A stretch of DNA of 64,000 nt from Eledone cirrhosa (GCA_964016885.1 OZ024748.1:13020001-13084000), one strand, 5' to 3'. Shown: positions 30,126-43,380, numbered from the stretch's first letter. Numbers and translations are program-made. The notes: generated by a model not told the origin, from the letters alone.

Positions 30126-31722
30126 ATTATTTTATGTTTATTTTTTGTCAACTATATTTAACAAACTAAAGTTATACAATGATGGAAATATTTAAATAAA
30201 ATTAAGTAATGAAAAAAAAACCCCAGGAAGGTGTAAGGAAGGGCAGATCTGGCTGTATAGGAAAGTAAAAGAATGGACTATATATGCCATAAACGAGAAT
30301 GAAAGGAGAAAAAAGAGCAAGGAGTATAGGGAAATATATTGGAGTATTAGGTAATGGAAGAAAGACAGGAGGAAGAGTATGGCATTTTCTGTAAAATTGG
30401 AGACGAACCTTCGTAGATTGAAATAAAGATTTATACTTTTTCATATTTTTTTTCAGATTTTTACCTTTCTTGAATATTACAAGTGAGAGGAGTCAACATT
30501 CTTGCCAAGCCAATGATGGATTCTCCAGGTGGTTAGTCGTCATATTGAAAGGACAACCACATTTTCCTCAAATCTCAAACTTATATCTTAAAATTGAAAG
30601 ATTCATTAAACAATGGATTCGTATATATCTTTTTTTTAAACGGGAGAGCCACGTTTGGTATGACTGAACAACAAGGGTTGTTCTGTGGCTATGTAACATT
30701 ATGAAACCAGCCGCCATGACAACTATTGCCCCATTGGCCTCCCCAATATCAACATTTTGGACAACCTGCAGGACAAAAAACAAAACCTGACAAATGACGG
30801 AAGAACTCATAAGAGTCAACGGCCATCTAAAAAGAAAAGAAACATCCTGCCAAATCAACGGGTGGCAGTAGTTCCAGCTGCACGCATTGAAAGACTGGTG
30901 TAGTGGTTCTGAGAAGAATGCGGCTTAGTAGATGACCAATACAAATTGAGAATGGAAAGGCGCTCCCGCTCGAGTTAGAAGAGAACTATTGGCCTTCAGG
31001 AGAAGCAGCAGCCCCTGATTGTATTCAACAACCGAACACATATGAAGTACACCAAATCCACTGCTCCTGGAGCGGCCGTGGTTTTTCTTATTTGCAAGGG
31101 TAAACTCTGCCAGATTAGATTAGATTAGATATCACCAAAACTCCCAGGCAACAGTAACAAATAGAAAACCAACTAAAGAACTGGATAGTATCGGTTATGG
31201 AAAGACCAATGGCGACATTGTTTCTCTGGTCCGATTTGGCGAATCCTAACTTACTCAGTAAGCAAATGAGGTTTGGGATCTTATCGATCGATCGATAACA
31301 TATATATAAATAATATTAATACTACACATTGGATGTTTGTTGTTTGATTACATTAAATACATTCTCTGCCTTATATGGTGTCGTTCAATATCGTACACGT
31401 GAAAATTATACATAGTTAAACATTATTATTGATAATGATAACATATATTTATTGCAAACATACAAATATGAAATTTACTATATTCTATTTTATTTTAATT
31501 TAATTTAATAAATATTTATATTTTGAAAAATACTGTTCAATTCATTATTGTGACTAATCATCTTGAAATTTGAAGAAAATCAAAAATATAATGATTATGC
31601 TCGAGTACAATTATTAAATGTTAAATACACTAGCAAATATATATACAACAAGATTACATCTCATATGACGAAACGACAATGTAGTCATAATATTTAAAAG
31701 AGTAGAGAAATGTGACAATATG

Positions 31723-31844
<122 letters not shown>

Positions 31845-32065
31845 AACGAAAGCCACAACGAGTCGTACCCTTCTCTGTTTTCATCAAGCTCGTCCGATCA
31901 GACTTACCCTATTTCGTTTTCCTACACGCACACACGCGCGCGCGCACACACACACACATACACACACACACACACAGATATATATAGTTGAAAAATGAAC
32001 AAACAAAACCCAAGAGGCAATGTTACAAGTTATATTAGGTTCACGCTTTGTGGAAGTGGAGGAGG

Positions 32066-32098
32066 TTTCGACGTTTCGGACAGACCTTCATCAGAAAA
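32066..32098 (-). ncRNA. Minimal hammerhead, family G (loopless stem III, dimer type)
   Basis: Minus strand: tttt CTGATGA agg-tctgt-cc GAAA cg TC gaaa. It lies in a repeat (tattaggttcacgctt) also present at 8655-8755 and 60778-60850. Confidence 0.6.
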
Positions 32099-32174
32099 GC
32101 TCGGATAGGGGGATACCAGAAACTCAGAGGAGTAATAAGGGAAGGAAATTAAAAAAATAATATATGTATGTACA

Positions 32175-32287
32175 AATGAAACAGTTCTAGTCCTGTAGAA
32201 GCTTTTCTATATTAAAACATTTATACTCTGCTATGTATTGAGTACCTTACTTACTGTGGTTACCCCCGATTGAACCCGCCATAACGT
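32175..32287 (+). mobile_element. Family A pLTR fragment (3' half of hammerhead plus tail)
   Basis: atGAAAcagttctagtcctgTAgaagc...gtattgagtaccttacttactgtggttacc...ataacg(TA)n; 5' core missing. Confidence 0.75.
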
Positions 32288-32322
32288 ATATATATATAGA
32301 TGTATATATATATATGCATGTG

Positions 32323-32355
<33 letters not shown>

Positions 32356-32362
32356 GCATGTG

Positions 32363-32403
<41 letters not shown>

Positions 32404-32407
32404 ATAC

Positions 32408-32449
<42 letters not shown>

Positions 32450-32451
<2 letters not shown>

Positions 32452-32832
32452 CGAAGGAGGTGTGGTAAGGAACCAGATGGACCATGACGCACCACAGTAC
32501 TCAATACTTAGGGTAGTAGAGTGGGTAATAGGAAAATGTTTAACCCCGACGGCAGAGCTTAAGCCGTTTCGACAGCTATTTCTGGACTCAGGTCGATTTT
32601 TTGCGTGAGCATCCGAAGTTAAAGCTTTCTCGGTGGAACTGGGATGTTCTTTGTGGAGAGGTCGATAGTGTGTTTTCGCATGGTGGGTGTAATGAAACTT
32701 GAGGTGGGTGAAAAAGTTAGGATATGGCGTGGTAGGGTCGGAAAGTGCTCTACGGAGGTAGGAGCTAGATAACGAAGGAGGTGTGGTAAGGAACCAGATG
32801 GACCATAACGCACCAGAGTACTCAATACTTAG

Positions 32833-32904
<72 letters not shown>

Positions 32905-33030
32905 ACAAAGAGGGTGTGGTAAGATACCAGGTGGACAATAACGCACCAGAGTACTCAATACCTAGTTCGGTTCTAGCTGTCGAAACGGCCGGGTCTCAGC
33001 AGTCGAGGTCCTGACTACTTTTCTATTATA
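32450..33030 (-). mobile_element. Family B: ~320-bp full unit in head-to-tail tandem with a second partial unit, plus a further fragment after a (TA)n tract
   Basis: aacgaaggaggtgtggtaaggaaccagatggaccat...gtactcaatacttagggta occurs at ~32450-32517 and again at ~32771-32836. A related fragment lies at 32902-33028. Confidence 0.7.
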
Positions 33031-33042
33031 TATATATATATA

Positions 33043-33210
33043 TATAATATAAGATCAAAAGATGGTTAAAAGAGTTCCAAGTTTTTATTATGCGCATTTA
33101 AAAAACAAATATCATCATGGGATGATATCTGCGTTTTCATCAGATAATATAGGGATACATGATATAAAGCTTAAAAAACACTTGTGAATAGTGAAGTTTT
33201 AAATTAACAT
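33043..33210 (-). mobile_element. Family D pLTR with degenerate hammerhead (G12 lost)
   Basis: Reverse-complement homologue of 16508-16668; reads ttttAAAtgcgca instead of tttGAAAtgcgca. Confidence 0.7.
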
Positions 33211-33248
33211 ATATATATACATACATCAACATATATATATATACATAC

Positions 33249-33329
<81 letters not shown>

Positions 33330-33769
33330 TATACATAAAGTAACAGATAGATTGATAGATACATATATATGTACATACATATGTATACTCACAGACACAC
33401 ACACACATATATATACATACCCACATACCTGTAGACATAAACGCATATCATGCATGTTTGTGTGTGTGTACTGTGTGTGAGTGAGTGTGTATTGTGTGTG
33501 AGTGTGTGTATCTGTGTAAGAAAGTATACAACAGTGTCTGGTGTACACTATACCTCCGGTATTTGAGATAACCTTGAAATTTAACAATTTTCACCAATTA
33601 TTTAAGAATATAATGATAAAGAAAGTCTATTTAAATTCTATTATTGTTGCAGATAATGATAAAAAAATAATTCTAATACTGCCCAGGAATATACATACAC
33701 ATATATATGTGTGTGTATGTATGTGTGTGTGTTTATTTGTGTATGTAAGTATATGTATATATATATATG

Positions 33770-33845
<76 letters not shown>

Positions 33846-34337
33846 TGTGTGTGCGTGTGTGTGTGTGTGTGTGTGTACCTGGGCACTATTAGAAATATGT
33901 TTTTATTATATATATCATATACATAAATATAAAATGCATCCTTGTTTCTGTAGCTATCTTGGAATAGGTGGAAATATATAAAATGCCTTACTGTCTTCAA
34001 GGAACTACTATATCTGCCTTTTACATTATTTTCCAAAATTATAACATTTTCAGTTATCTAAAGCCTAAATGAAACAAAAGCGAAAAGTTCGTACATTGGA
34101 TTTTTTTTTCTAGAGATATCTACTCCAACCAAATTCGAGCTAATCTCCACCAATTTTTTACTTCATAGCCTGATCCCATATATTTTAGGCTAAATTCTCT
34201 AAAAAAAAATTTCCATTTGTTTTTACCATGGAAGAAAATATATCAGACACTAACAAAGATATTTCTGAGACAATATTTTTTTTTAATTTTCATTTATGTT
34301 GTTTATTTGTGGTTTTAATTTTACAAATAGATATATG

Positions 34338-34500
34338 AATCGGACGCCATGCTTTGCAGCATCGAGTTACACCTCTTTATTGTCTGAGTTCAAGTCCCGC
34401 CAATATTAACTTTGCTTTTCATCCTTACGGGGTCGATAACATAAAGTACCAGTAATGCACTGGAATAATTGCTGGCCTTGTGCCAAAAGTTGAAACAATT
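34338..34500 (+). mobile_element. tRNA-derived SINE
   Basis: gagttcaagtcccgcc...tttcatccttacggggtcgata...gctggccttgtgccaaaag. Confidence 0.8.
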
Positions 34501-34502
34501 AT

Positions 34503-35300
34503 CTACACGTCTCATGGACATTGCCTTGGATGAATTATCTTGGAGGAAAACAGTATTTAATGGTAAAGAGGTATTTGTAGAATCTCGTGTGCAGCATGAA
34601 ACATTGAAAAGGGGTCTGCTTAGGTGTTTAGACGATATTACTTTAACCGGATTTTCAGATGCCCAAAAGGTCTTTGTGTGGCCGGATTGCCTCATCAAAA
34701 ATTGGTCTTAGAAGTCATCATAGAAGCCATGTACATAATGTTTCCGATTATAGTCTGTCTAAAATTTCTTCTTCCCGGGAGTGTGGAGAACCCGCATAGT
34801 ACCCGGATAGTGGACCCCAATGTCATTTGAAAACTCACACCAAAACAAAACAGGTAACCAACATGGAATTAACGTTCATAACTGCAGCATATGCAAAAAG
34901 GAATGTAAATCCTTAGCAGGGTTAATGAGGTTTTTCGGTGGCGGGGAGTGACAGAACTCCTCGTATTCATTAAGTCATCTCTCTAGGAGAAGGTCACTCT
35001 GGTATGAAACCTACGACTTCGTTTGCATCCAATAATGTAGAGTAGACTAGTTCTTCTTTTGGGGCAAATGCAATCGATATTCAGATTCAGAGACTCGGAT
35101 TGGCCCCGTACAAAACCTTTCCTCACGTAAAAAATCTTCAAGCACAGGTATCACCTGATATGTGACATCTTTTGCGATGCGTGACATTGCTGGCCATTGG
35201 CAAATCCTAGCAGGACTAAAAGGCCATGTTCGTGATGTTCATGCTTAAGTAGCATACTATAGCATTACTCGAACTCGAGTTTCAGCCATCATCATGTATG
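34503..35300 (+). mobile_element. Decayed LINE 3' region with C2H2 zinc-finger remnants (RTE-BovB-like)
   Basis: DIALDELSWRKTVFNG..F...R, then ..GRI..KIGLRSHHRSH and HNCSICKKECKSLAGLMR motifs across frameshifts. Confidence 0.5.
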
Positions 35301-35927
35301 TATTGTGTATCTGAAAAGGTGTACCACATATTCCAAATTATGCAAACGATGCTGTGTAGTGCTTAAATGTATCAATGAAATATCTAAGTATTCCATGTTT
35401 TCAGTACATTCAGCCTTATACAAACAAGACGAACTAGAACAGTTCAGCTATATTGTCTATAAAGTATATTTAACTATGATGCACTTTTCTCTCTTTAGAA
35501 GGCAAAGGGATATTCACTCGCTGATGAGGATCGATAAAGACTAAATATTACTCATATCGATCTATATAATTTCTGTCTACAGAGACATAAGTCATATCAC
35601 TGGCTTGCTTCCAATTTATATATTTTCCAGTCAGACTTTTATATAAAACTTATAACCTACATTTCAAATTGTTGTTACATTGTGCAATACGTGTATATAT
35701 ATATATATATATTTCGTTTCTGAATTTGTTTAGCAAGATTCTTTATCTGAAATCGTGTGTTGAAACCGATATTGTTATACTTTGGGAGGGTCATGTTGCC
35801 AATAAGAAACACACGCACCAGTTGCTTTCACTTCAATTTAATTTAATATATATTTATAAATTTACAAATTTATAAATTTCTGGTTGGTTGGTTGGTTCCA
35901 CAACCAGATAGTTGTTTATATATATAT

Positions 35928-35972
35928 AGTCATAGTTCTTTCGTCACACACTCTGTGACCTCTTCAGTGACT
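35928..35972 (-). ncRNA. Minimal type I hammerhead ribozyme, family C (mirror copy)
   Basis: Reverse complement of 36078-36122 within the palindrome. Confidence 0.75.
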
Positions 35973-36077
35973 GGGGATTTCTTTCTTCGTTTCTGTGCCT
36001 TTCCCTTCTTCTATCCTACGCCAAAATGGCGTAGGATAGAAGAAGGGAAAGGCACAGAAACGAAGAAAGAAATCCCC

Positions 36078-36122
36078 AGTCACTGAAGAGGTCACAGAGT
36101 GTGTGACGAAAGAACTATGACT
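36078..36122 (+). ncRNA. Minimal type I hammerhead ribozyme, family C
   Basis: agtca CTGAAGA g-gtcaca-gagtg-tgtgac GAAA g-aa-c TA tgact: 5-bp stem I, 6-bp stem II, minimal stem III, CUA cleavage triplet. Confidence 0.75.
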
Positions 36123-36273
36123 ATATATATATAAACAACTATCTGGTTGTGGAACCAACCAACCAACCAGAAATTTATAAATTTGTAAATTTATAAATAT
36201 ATATTAAATTAAATTGAAGTGAAAGCAACTGGTGCGTGTGTTTCTTATTGGCAACATGACCCTCCCAAAGTAT

Positions 36274-36316
<43 letters not shown>

Positions 36317-36320
<4 letters not shown>

Positions 36321-36513
36321 ATTTTATAGAAGGAGCTTCTACAGGACTAGTACTGTTTCATTCAGATGAAATCTTCAGGAAGCTGAAGATTTCATCTGAA
36401 TGAAACAGTACTTGTCATGTAGAAGCTCCTTCTATAAAATAAAAAAATTTTACTCTGCCATGTATTGAGTACCTTACTTACTGTGGTTATCCCCGACTCA
36501 ACCCGGGACCTAC

Positions 36514-36515
<2 letters not shown>
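36317..36515. mobile_element. Family A pLTR inverted pair; complete hammerhead on - (36334-36384)
   Basis: Minus strand: agcttc CTGAAGA t-ttc-atct-gaa-t GAAA cag-tactagtc-ctg TA gaagct. Stem I covaries relative to the 16.8 and 50.3 kb copies (gcttc/gaagc vs gattc/gaatc). Confidence 0.8.
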
Positions 36516-36581
<66 letters not shown>

Positions 36582-36640
36582 GTGTGTGTGTGTGAGTGTG
36601 TAGATGTACGTATCTGTTTGTATGCACACACAAATATCTA

Positions 36641-36765
<125 letters not shown>

Positions 36766-36812
36766 GTGTGTGTGTGTGAGTGTATAGATGTACATATCTG
36801 TTTGTATGCACA

Positions 36813-36926
<114 letters not shown>

Positions 36927-37115
36927 ATAGACGAATGCACATTTAGCGTTTCCGTATACAGTGCTCATTAGTTTCATAATCAAATAGTCACAGTCAGAAA
37001 GACATATACAAATACACAGATACGATACTCAGACACGCTCAGGTACATACAGACACATATATAGTCATACACCTTCTCAGATAAGCAATTCAGTATGTAC
37101 TGTTCATGTATTTTA

Positions 37116-37169
<54 letters not shown>

Positions 37170-37341
37170 TACTAGTGCAGTAGTAGTAGCAGTAGTAGTA
37201 GCAGTAGTAGCAGTAGTAGTAGTAAATAGTGTTGATGAACGAAATTTGCTTAGCTTTTATCCTGAGGGTAAGGAAAACATAATTGAGATATCAACAATAT
37301 TCAATGGCTAAGGATATGCGTGTGTATATATACACACACAC

Positions 37342-37424
<83 letters not shown>

Positions 37425-37760
37425 TATGTATATATGCGTGTGTGTGTGGATGTGTGTTATTTAGGTGTGTAAATATATATATGTATGTACATATGTATAT
37501 AAGTATATATAGATATATGTAAATATTGAAATTGTGGTCTCTCTATCTATATCTAATTCTCCTTTCCTGTAAGTCTTGGAATTCCAGATAGAACTTATCA
37601 CTATTTGCGACTTCGATACTAAATATATAATGAAACTGTGATTCCAGGATTATCAGTAACCATTTCTGCAGAGGAAAAAAATAAAATGACCTATAATTGA
37701 GTATTTGTATAGGAATGTTCGATGGGACACAAGTATGTGTTCTCGTTGTAAATAACATTT

Positions 37761-38456
37761 TAGACTCCGTCACTATACGAATCTTCCCCTAGACTCCGTC
37801 ACTATACGAATCTTCCCCTAGACTGCGTCACTATACGAATCTTCCCCTAGATTCCGTCACTATACGAATCTTCCCCTAGACTCCGTCACTATACGAATCT
37901 TCCCCTAGACTCCGTCACTATACGAATCTTCCCCTAGACTCCGTCACTATACGAATCTTCCCCTAGACTCCGTCACTATACGAATCTTCCCCTAGATTCC
38001 GTCACTATACGAATCTTCCCCTAGACTCCGTCACTATACGAATCTTCCCCTAGACTCCGTCACTATACGAATCTTCCCCTAGATTCCGTCACTATACGAA
38101 TCTTCCCCTAGATTCCGTCACTATACGAATCTTCCCCTAGACTCCGTCACTATACGAATCTTCCCTTAGACTGCGTCACTATACGAATCTTCCCCTAGAT
38201 TCCGTCACTATACGAATCTTCCCCTAGACTCCGTCACTATACGAATCTTCCCCTAGACTCCGTCACTATACGAATCTTCCCCTAGATTCCGTCACTATAC
38301 GAATCTTCCCCTAGACTCCGTCACTATACGAATCTTCCCCTAGATTCCGTCACTATACGAATCTTCCCCTAGTCTCCGTCACTATACGAATCTTCCCCTA
38401 GATTCCGTCACTATACGAATCTTCCCCTAGATTCCGTCACTATACGAATCGTCCCT
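37761..38456 (+). repeat. Minisatellite, 24 x 29 bp (TAGACTCCGTCACTATACGAATCTTCCCC)
   Basis: Units start at 37761, 37790 ... 38428, an exact 29-bp period. Main variants are tagaTtcc and tagactGc. Confidence 0.95.
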
Positions 38457-38539
38457 CAAACTCCGGACTGTATAGTGACGATAGATTAGTAATCTCAACA
38501 CATGAACTGCTACTCTATAGATAAATGCAGAACACACAA

Positions 38540-38725
38540 TGGTAATTGTTTCTACTTTTGGCACAAGGCCAGCAATTACCCCAGTACATTACTGGTACTT
38601 TATTTTATGGACCCCGTATGGATGAAAGGCAAAGTTAACCTCGGCGGGATTTGAGCTCAAACCGTAAAGGGCCGTAACTCTATGCTGTGAAGTATGGCGT
38701 CCGACCCTCTACCGATTCTGCCAAT
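38540..38725 (-). mobile_element. Full-length tRNA-derived SINE
   Basis: Reverse complement runs tggcagaatcggtagagggtcggacgcc...gagctcaaatcccgccgagg...gtgccaaaagtagaaacaatt. Confidence 0.85.
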
Positions 38726-38773
38726 AATATTTATCTAACGTAATTTTAACAAACATAAGAATAATTAACATTT

Positions 38774-38827
<54 letters not shown>

Positions 38828-38852
38828 CAGTAGTAGTAGTAGTAGTAGTAGT

Positions 38853-38916
<64 letters not shown>

Positions 38917-39149
38917 ACAATCATACTATTTCTGAAAAGAACGAAGGCATCACCCCATCTATAGTTTAGGAGGAATATATTCAATCACACCTCTCCCTAA
39001 TACTTCAGCGCTGCAGTGTCTTTACTGAGAAAGAAATTACTATTGAAATAAACGCTATACACAATAGCACATCAAGGAAGAGAAAATATATTTGGTTCAT
39101 CCCATCCTATTAGATATATATAACTGCAATTATATCTAAGACATTCCTT

Positions 39150-40880
39150 TACATTATTAATAACTCATTTTCCAACCACACAGAACATTTCAACATACAT
39201 TGTGTGAATGAAAATATATGATTTTCGTCAGGAAAATGTTACCTTCAAGACACCATAACCAGTGTGTAAGGTTTACATATAGCCATTCACACCATCACCC
39301 AATGTGTAACTATAGAACTTCTTTTTACTCATTTAGAAGATCTTGAAACACCCAGGCTGTAATATAGAGAGTAAGCATAACACACGTGGATAGCAAGATT
39401 AAACACTATCAACGTATATACTCTTTTGAGTCAAGGAATAGAGAGAATTCAATAACTTTACAGAGTCTGCTTGGGAATTAATCCATAGTTGGATGGAAAT
39501 TGTATCCATAACCTGGAGCATCATAAACAGACTACGTCCATACACCAATGGCACCAGTAACTGAAAACTATGTTTAATTAAGCAATTGCAGATTCGTTAA
39601 TATTTAATTAAGCAATTGCAAGTTCGTTAAATATGAGATTCGATGTTTCGTTTTTTCTATTTCCAGAGAAGACTAATATTTCCTGAAAATATCTTAAAAT
39701 AATGCTCACAAAATTTGTCCTATAAATAGAAAGTGATCAACTCATAAGAAATATCTGTTAATAGTAATAACATTCAAGTCGACATCTTTGGATATTGCCA
39801 AGATTGTCCTATATGTGGGAGTAGTGTCCCTTTGTCAGATTCACCTAAGATTTGCAGAGAGCTAGTAGTTGATTTAAGGCTGCAAAACATTCTGATCCTG
39901 ACAAGTAAAACAAATCTTCGGAGTGCAAGCAGAGCTATATTATGTGCATTCGTTAGATGTACTCGGTAAGATAGAGTCCAATAATTTGTGGCATCCTTGC
40001 ATATTCTACATATTCTAGTCGTGTGCTGTTCATATTTAGCGGAGTGAAGGGGGTAAGGTTTTCGTGGTTAATATAGTGACAGTGACTATGAACGAGACAC
40101 AATTAACATTGCTATATTGGAGAATGTCTTTCGAGGTCATTGTCCGGTGTAGCGGGAAAACATTGCGTCAGGTGTCTAGATTGCATAAATATGATGTTTG
40201 TGCATAGAAAGTTAAGGTATGTTTAAGGAACTATTACTTACATAGGAGATGATCACAAATAGTTCGTTGAATAATAGGAAGATTAATGTAGGAACACTGA
40301 GGCTCAAATCAAAATGGGGGATACATCAAGGTAAAAAAGAATGCACGTGGAAAGTTTATTTCCGAGCACAAGCTTGGATAAGGTGCTTTTCTGGAAGATC
40401 GGTTCTTTGCAGACAGGTCTCTACTCTCGCCGCTATTAATGTTGTCTAAGGGAATATAAGGGGCCGATGCAGGTTGGGACCCGTGTTATCATTACACAAG
40501 CTTTTCCAGCCTAGTAGACCGAGGGAAACGTAGACTAAAGATTTATGGTCCAGTAATTTGTGCGTTGGGCATGGAATCATATATATAGTGATAATTTCCA
40601 TTCCTAGACCGAGTGATGGGATGCATCTTGAGCACAGAACCGTCCAGGTACATACATTAAAATATACACACATATTCGAAATAACCATTGTCTTGATTAT
40701 GTATGTGTATGTAAAAGATAATTTGGTAGTTGTTGTTGCTGTTAACCACTAAGTTACTTCTGAACAATTAGACCTACGACCAAATGTAGAGTAGGCCATG
40801 CGAGAATTAAGGTAAATCAATAAGAAAACAGGGTGGTACGTAGTTAAATAGGAGGGTGTGGGTGTCATGCTAAGTACGAT
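39150..40880 (-). mobile_element. Heavily decayed CR1/L2-like LINE reverse transcriptase region
   Basis: Non-microsatellite block with broken motifs resembling LIYLDF.KAF (~40800), GVPQGSVL (~40640) and VTGA (~39555); many stops and frameshifts. Confidence 0.45.
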
Positions 40881-40898
40881 TCTGGGTAACATAGCTGG

Positions 40899-40940
<42 letters not shown>

Positions 40941-41012
40941 AAATAGGTGCTTATGTGTGCAAAGGGTGTTTACAATATCATTCAATCATTAGGTGATATA
41001 TATATAGACACA

Positions 41013-41085
<73 letters not shown>

Positions 41086-41099
41086 GACAAAATGAAGTA

Positions 41100-41379
41100 A
41101 AAGAAGAAAATTTTAAATAAAAGAGAAAGAGTGAGAGGGAGAGAGAGAGAGAGAGAGAGTATGAAAGAGAGAAGCAAAAAGAAAGACACAGAGACAGTGA
41201 GTGTTATTTAGTGAGTATATAAGAAATATATTTACAGAGGGAAGGAAAGAAAATACACATATATATATAGAGAGAGAATGAGAGAGAAAGAAAGTTAAAC
41301 TAAGTTAAAAAGAGATAAAAGAAAGAAAAAGTAACAAAGAGCTAGAGAGAATTTGGAGAGGATGACAAATAAAGTCTGC

Positions 41380-41418
<39 letters not shown>

Positions 41419-41524
41419 AGACGGAGAAGGAGAAAGAGGGGGGGGAGAGAAAAGGGATAGAATGATAGAAAGAGGGAGAACGAAAGAGAGAGAGAAATAG
41501 AGAGAGATAGGGGAGCATAAAGAT

Positions 41525-41566
<42 letters not shown>

Positions 41567-41930
41567 CAGAGTAAGGAGGATTAAAATAGAGAGAACATAG
41601 CCTGGTAGAGAGAAATATATATATATATATAGATAGAGAGAAAGAGAGAGAGAGAGAGAGAGTGTGTTTGTGTGTGTGTAGCGAGATAGAGAGAAAGAGG
41701 GAGAAGCACAGAGAATTTGAGAAAGGGTGAAAATAAATATACAAAGAGAGAGAAGTATGTAACATAGTACGAAAGAAAGATAAAGAACAAAGAGGGAGTG
41801 CAAAAGAGAAAGGCAGAGATAAGCAAAACATATGTAGAGAGAGAGAGAGAGAGTGTGTGTCAGAGAAAGTAATATACAGTAAGAGAGAGTGAGAAAGATA
41901 GCAAGGGTGAAGGAGAGAAAGAAAGATTGA
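41100..41930 (+). repeat. Purine-rich (GA)n tract upstream of the Dll promoter
   Basis: About 800 bp of degenerate GA repeats. Confidence 0.85.
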
Positions 41931-42030
41931 CAGTCGACTGTGAGCAAATAAACCAATCAGAGAGCAGCTCTAAAAGAGAGTAGGCGTGGCTATTGGTTGT
42001 GTCTCTGTTGTTTTTCTCAAGCAGTGCTGG
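41925..42030 (+). promoter_or_regulatory. Candidate Dll core promoter with two opposed CCAAT (NF-Y) boxes
   Basis: AACCAATCAG at 41951-41960 and inverted CTATTGGTT at 41990-41998 flank a GGCGTGGC GC-box-like motif. They follow a long GA-repeat tract and lie about 1.4 kb upstream of the Dll ATG. Confidence 0.55.
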
Positions 42031-43380
42031 AAAAGTGTGAGAGAGGGAGAGATATGAATACAGAGAGAGTGAGTGAGAGAGAAAGAAAAACAGAGTGAGA
42101 GAGAGTGAGAGAGAGAGAGAGGAAGAGCGTGTGTGTGTTATCTGATGAATACTTAATATAGTTTTCTCAGCAAACGAACGTAGTTCACTGTTGGTTTTAG
42201 TACAAGGTTTCAACCAGACGTGTGTGATACAGTTTTTAGTCGACACACACACGCACACACACACACACATATATATATATATACATATATATATATATGT
42301 ATATATATATAGATTACTATTGCAAATGTGGCTCTGCTCTCTTTGAGCCGTGCTGCTGCTGCTTTACCAATTGCTGCTGCACAGTTTAAAATATTTTTGA
42401 AAAAAAAAAAAAATTATATATATATTTATTTAAAACATATATATTTATATACATATAATATACATAGTTATATTATATGCATATATATATGTAAATATAT
42501 ATATATATATATAATTATATAATTAATTAGGAGAAAATTTCTATTATTTAAATTATATTATATTACTATCATTACTGTAATTGTTATCATTATCATTATA
42601 TTTGATAATATTATTACTACTATTATTACCATAATTGTTATTATTATGAGAACATTTCATGTATCACACCTTAGCCTGTCCTGGGCCACCGGACGTCACC
42701 AAAAATACACCCCTCTGCTATTAGATCAACATTATCAATAATACAATGAAATTAAGAAACCAAAGAAAAAATTACATCTGAATAGAAGAAAGCAAAACAT
42801 ACACACAAAAAAGAAGAAATTAATTATTATTATTATTTTTAATACCTATAATCAATCATTTTAAAAGAGATTCACAACATCAACATCAACAACAGCAACA
42901 ACAGCACTAACAACACTAATAACACCAGTTACACAAACATTAACAGCCACAACAGTAAATAATTATTTTTAATACTATAATAATAATAATAACAATAACT
43001 GTTGTTATTATTGTTATTATTAACCCCAAATAAATATATATATAATGTATATCAATATATATAAATATGTATATTTATTAAAACATATACACGGGGAAAT
43101 TAAATAATTATTCACATAAATATATATAGATATATACACATTCATTTATATACAAACACGAAAAAATCAACTCAGAGAAAAAAGGGCTTTTACAAAATCT
43201 ATTTATTTTTTCAATTTTAATTATAATTTTTAAAAAAATTATACATACATATACATATAATATTGATATATATATATATAGTTATATATATATATATACA
43301 CAAAATAATTATATATGTATATATATAATTCTACACCTACTGTTAATACTACTAATAACAACATAGACGTTAAACCTTCG

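Larger units (their letters stand above)
35705..36281. mobile_element. Family C PLE pLTR inverted pair: palindrome with 255-bp arms (35769-36023 / 36027-36281) and 3-nt loop
   Basis: Centre ...cctacgcca-aaa-tggcgtagg... at 36025. The ORF track shows mirror-image ORFs (35892-36086 + and 35964-36158 -). Homologous to 11795-12050, 12625-12950 and 29895-30125, and flanked by (TA)n. Confidence 0.9.

Noticed and set aside
30200-31130. Non-repetitive block, possibly a host exon or LINE ORF1
   Set aside because: Multiple stops and frameshifts and no motif I can identify with confidence; probably a decayed TE, left uncalled.
35892-36158. Pair of near-identical 64-aa ORFs on opposite strands
   Set aside because: A consequence of the DNA palindrome; non-coding pLTR sequence.
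37761-38456. 29-bp repeat array as a CRISPR array
   Set aside because: The units are contiguous with no unique spacers, the context is eukaryotic and there are no cas genes.
43315-43380. Upstream in-frame ATG extending Dll (MYIYNST...)
   Set aside because: It lies in a TA-repeat context. The tandem ATGATG at 43381 is the more plausible start, though this is unproven.
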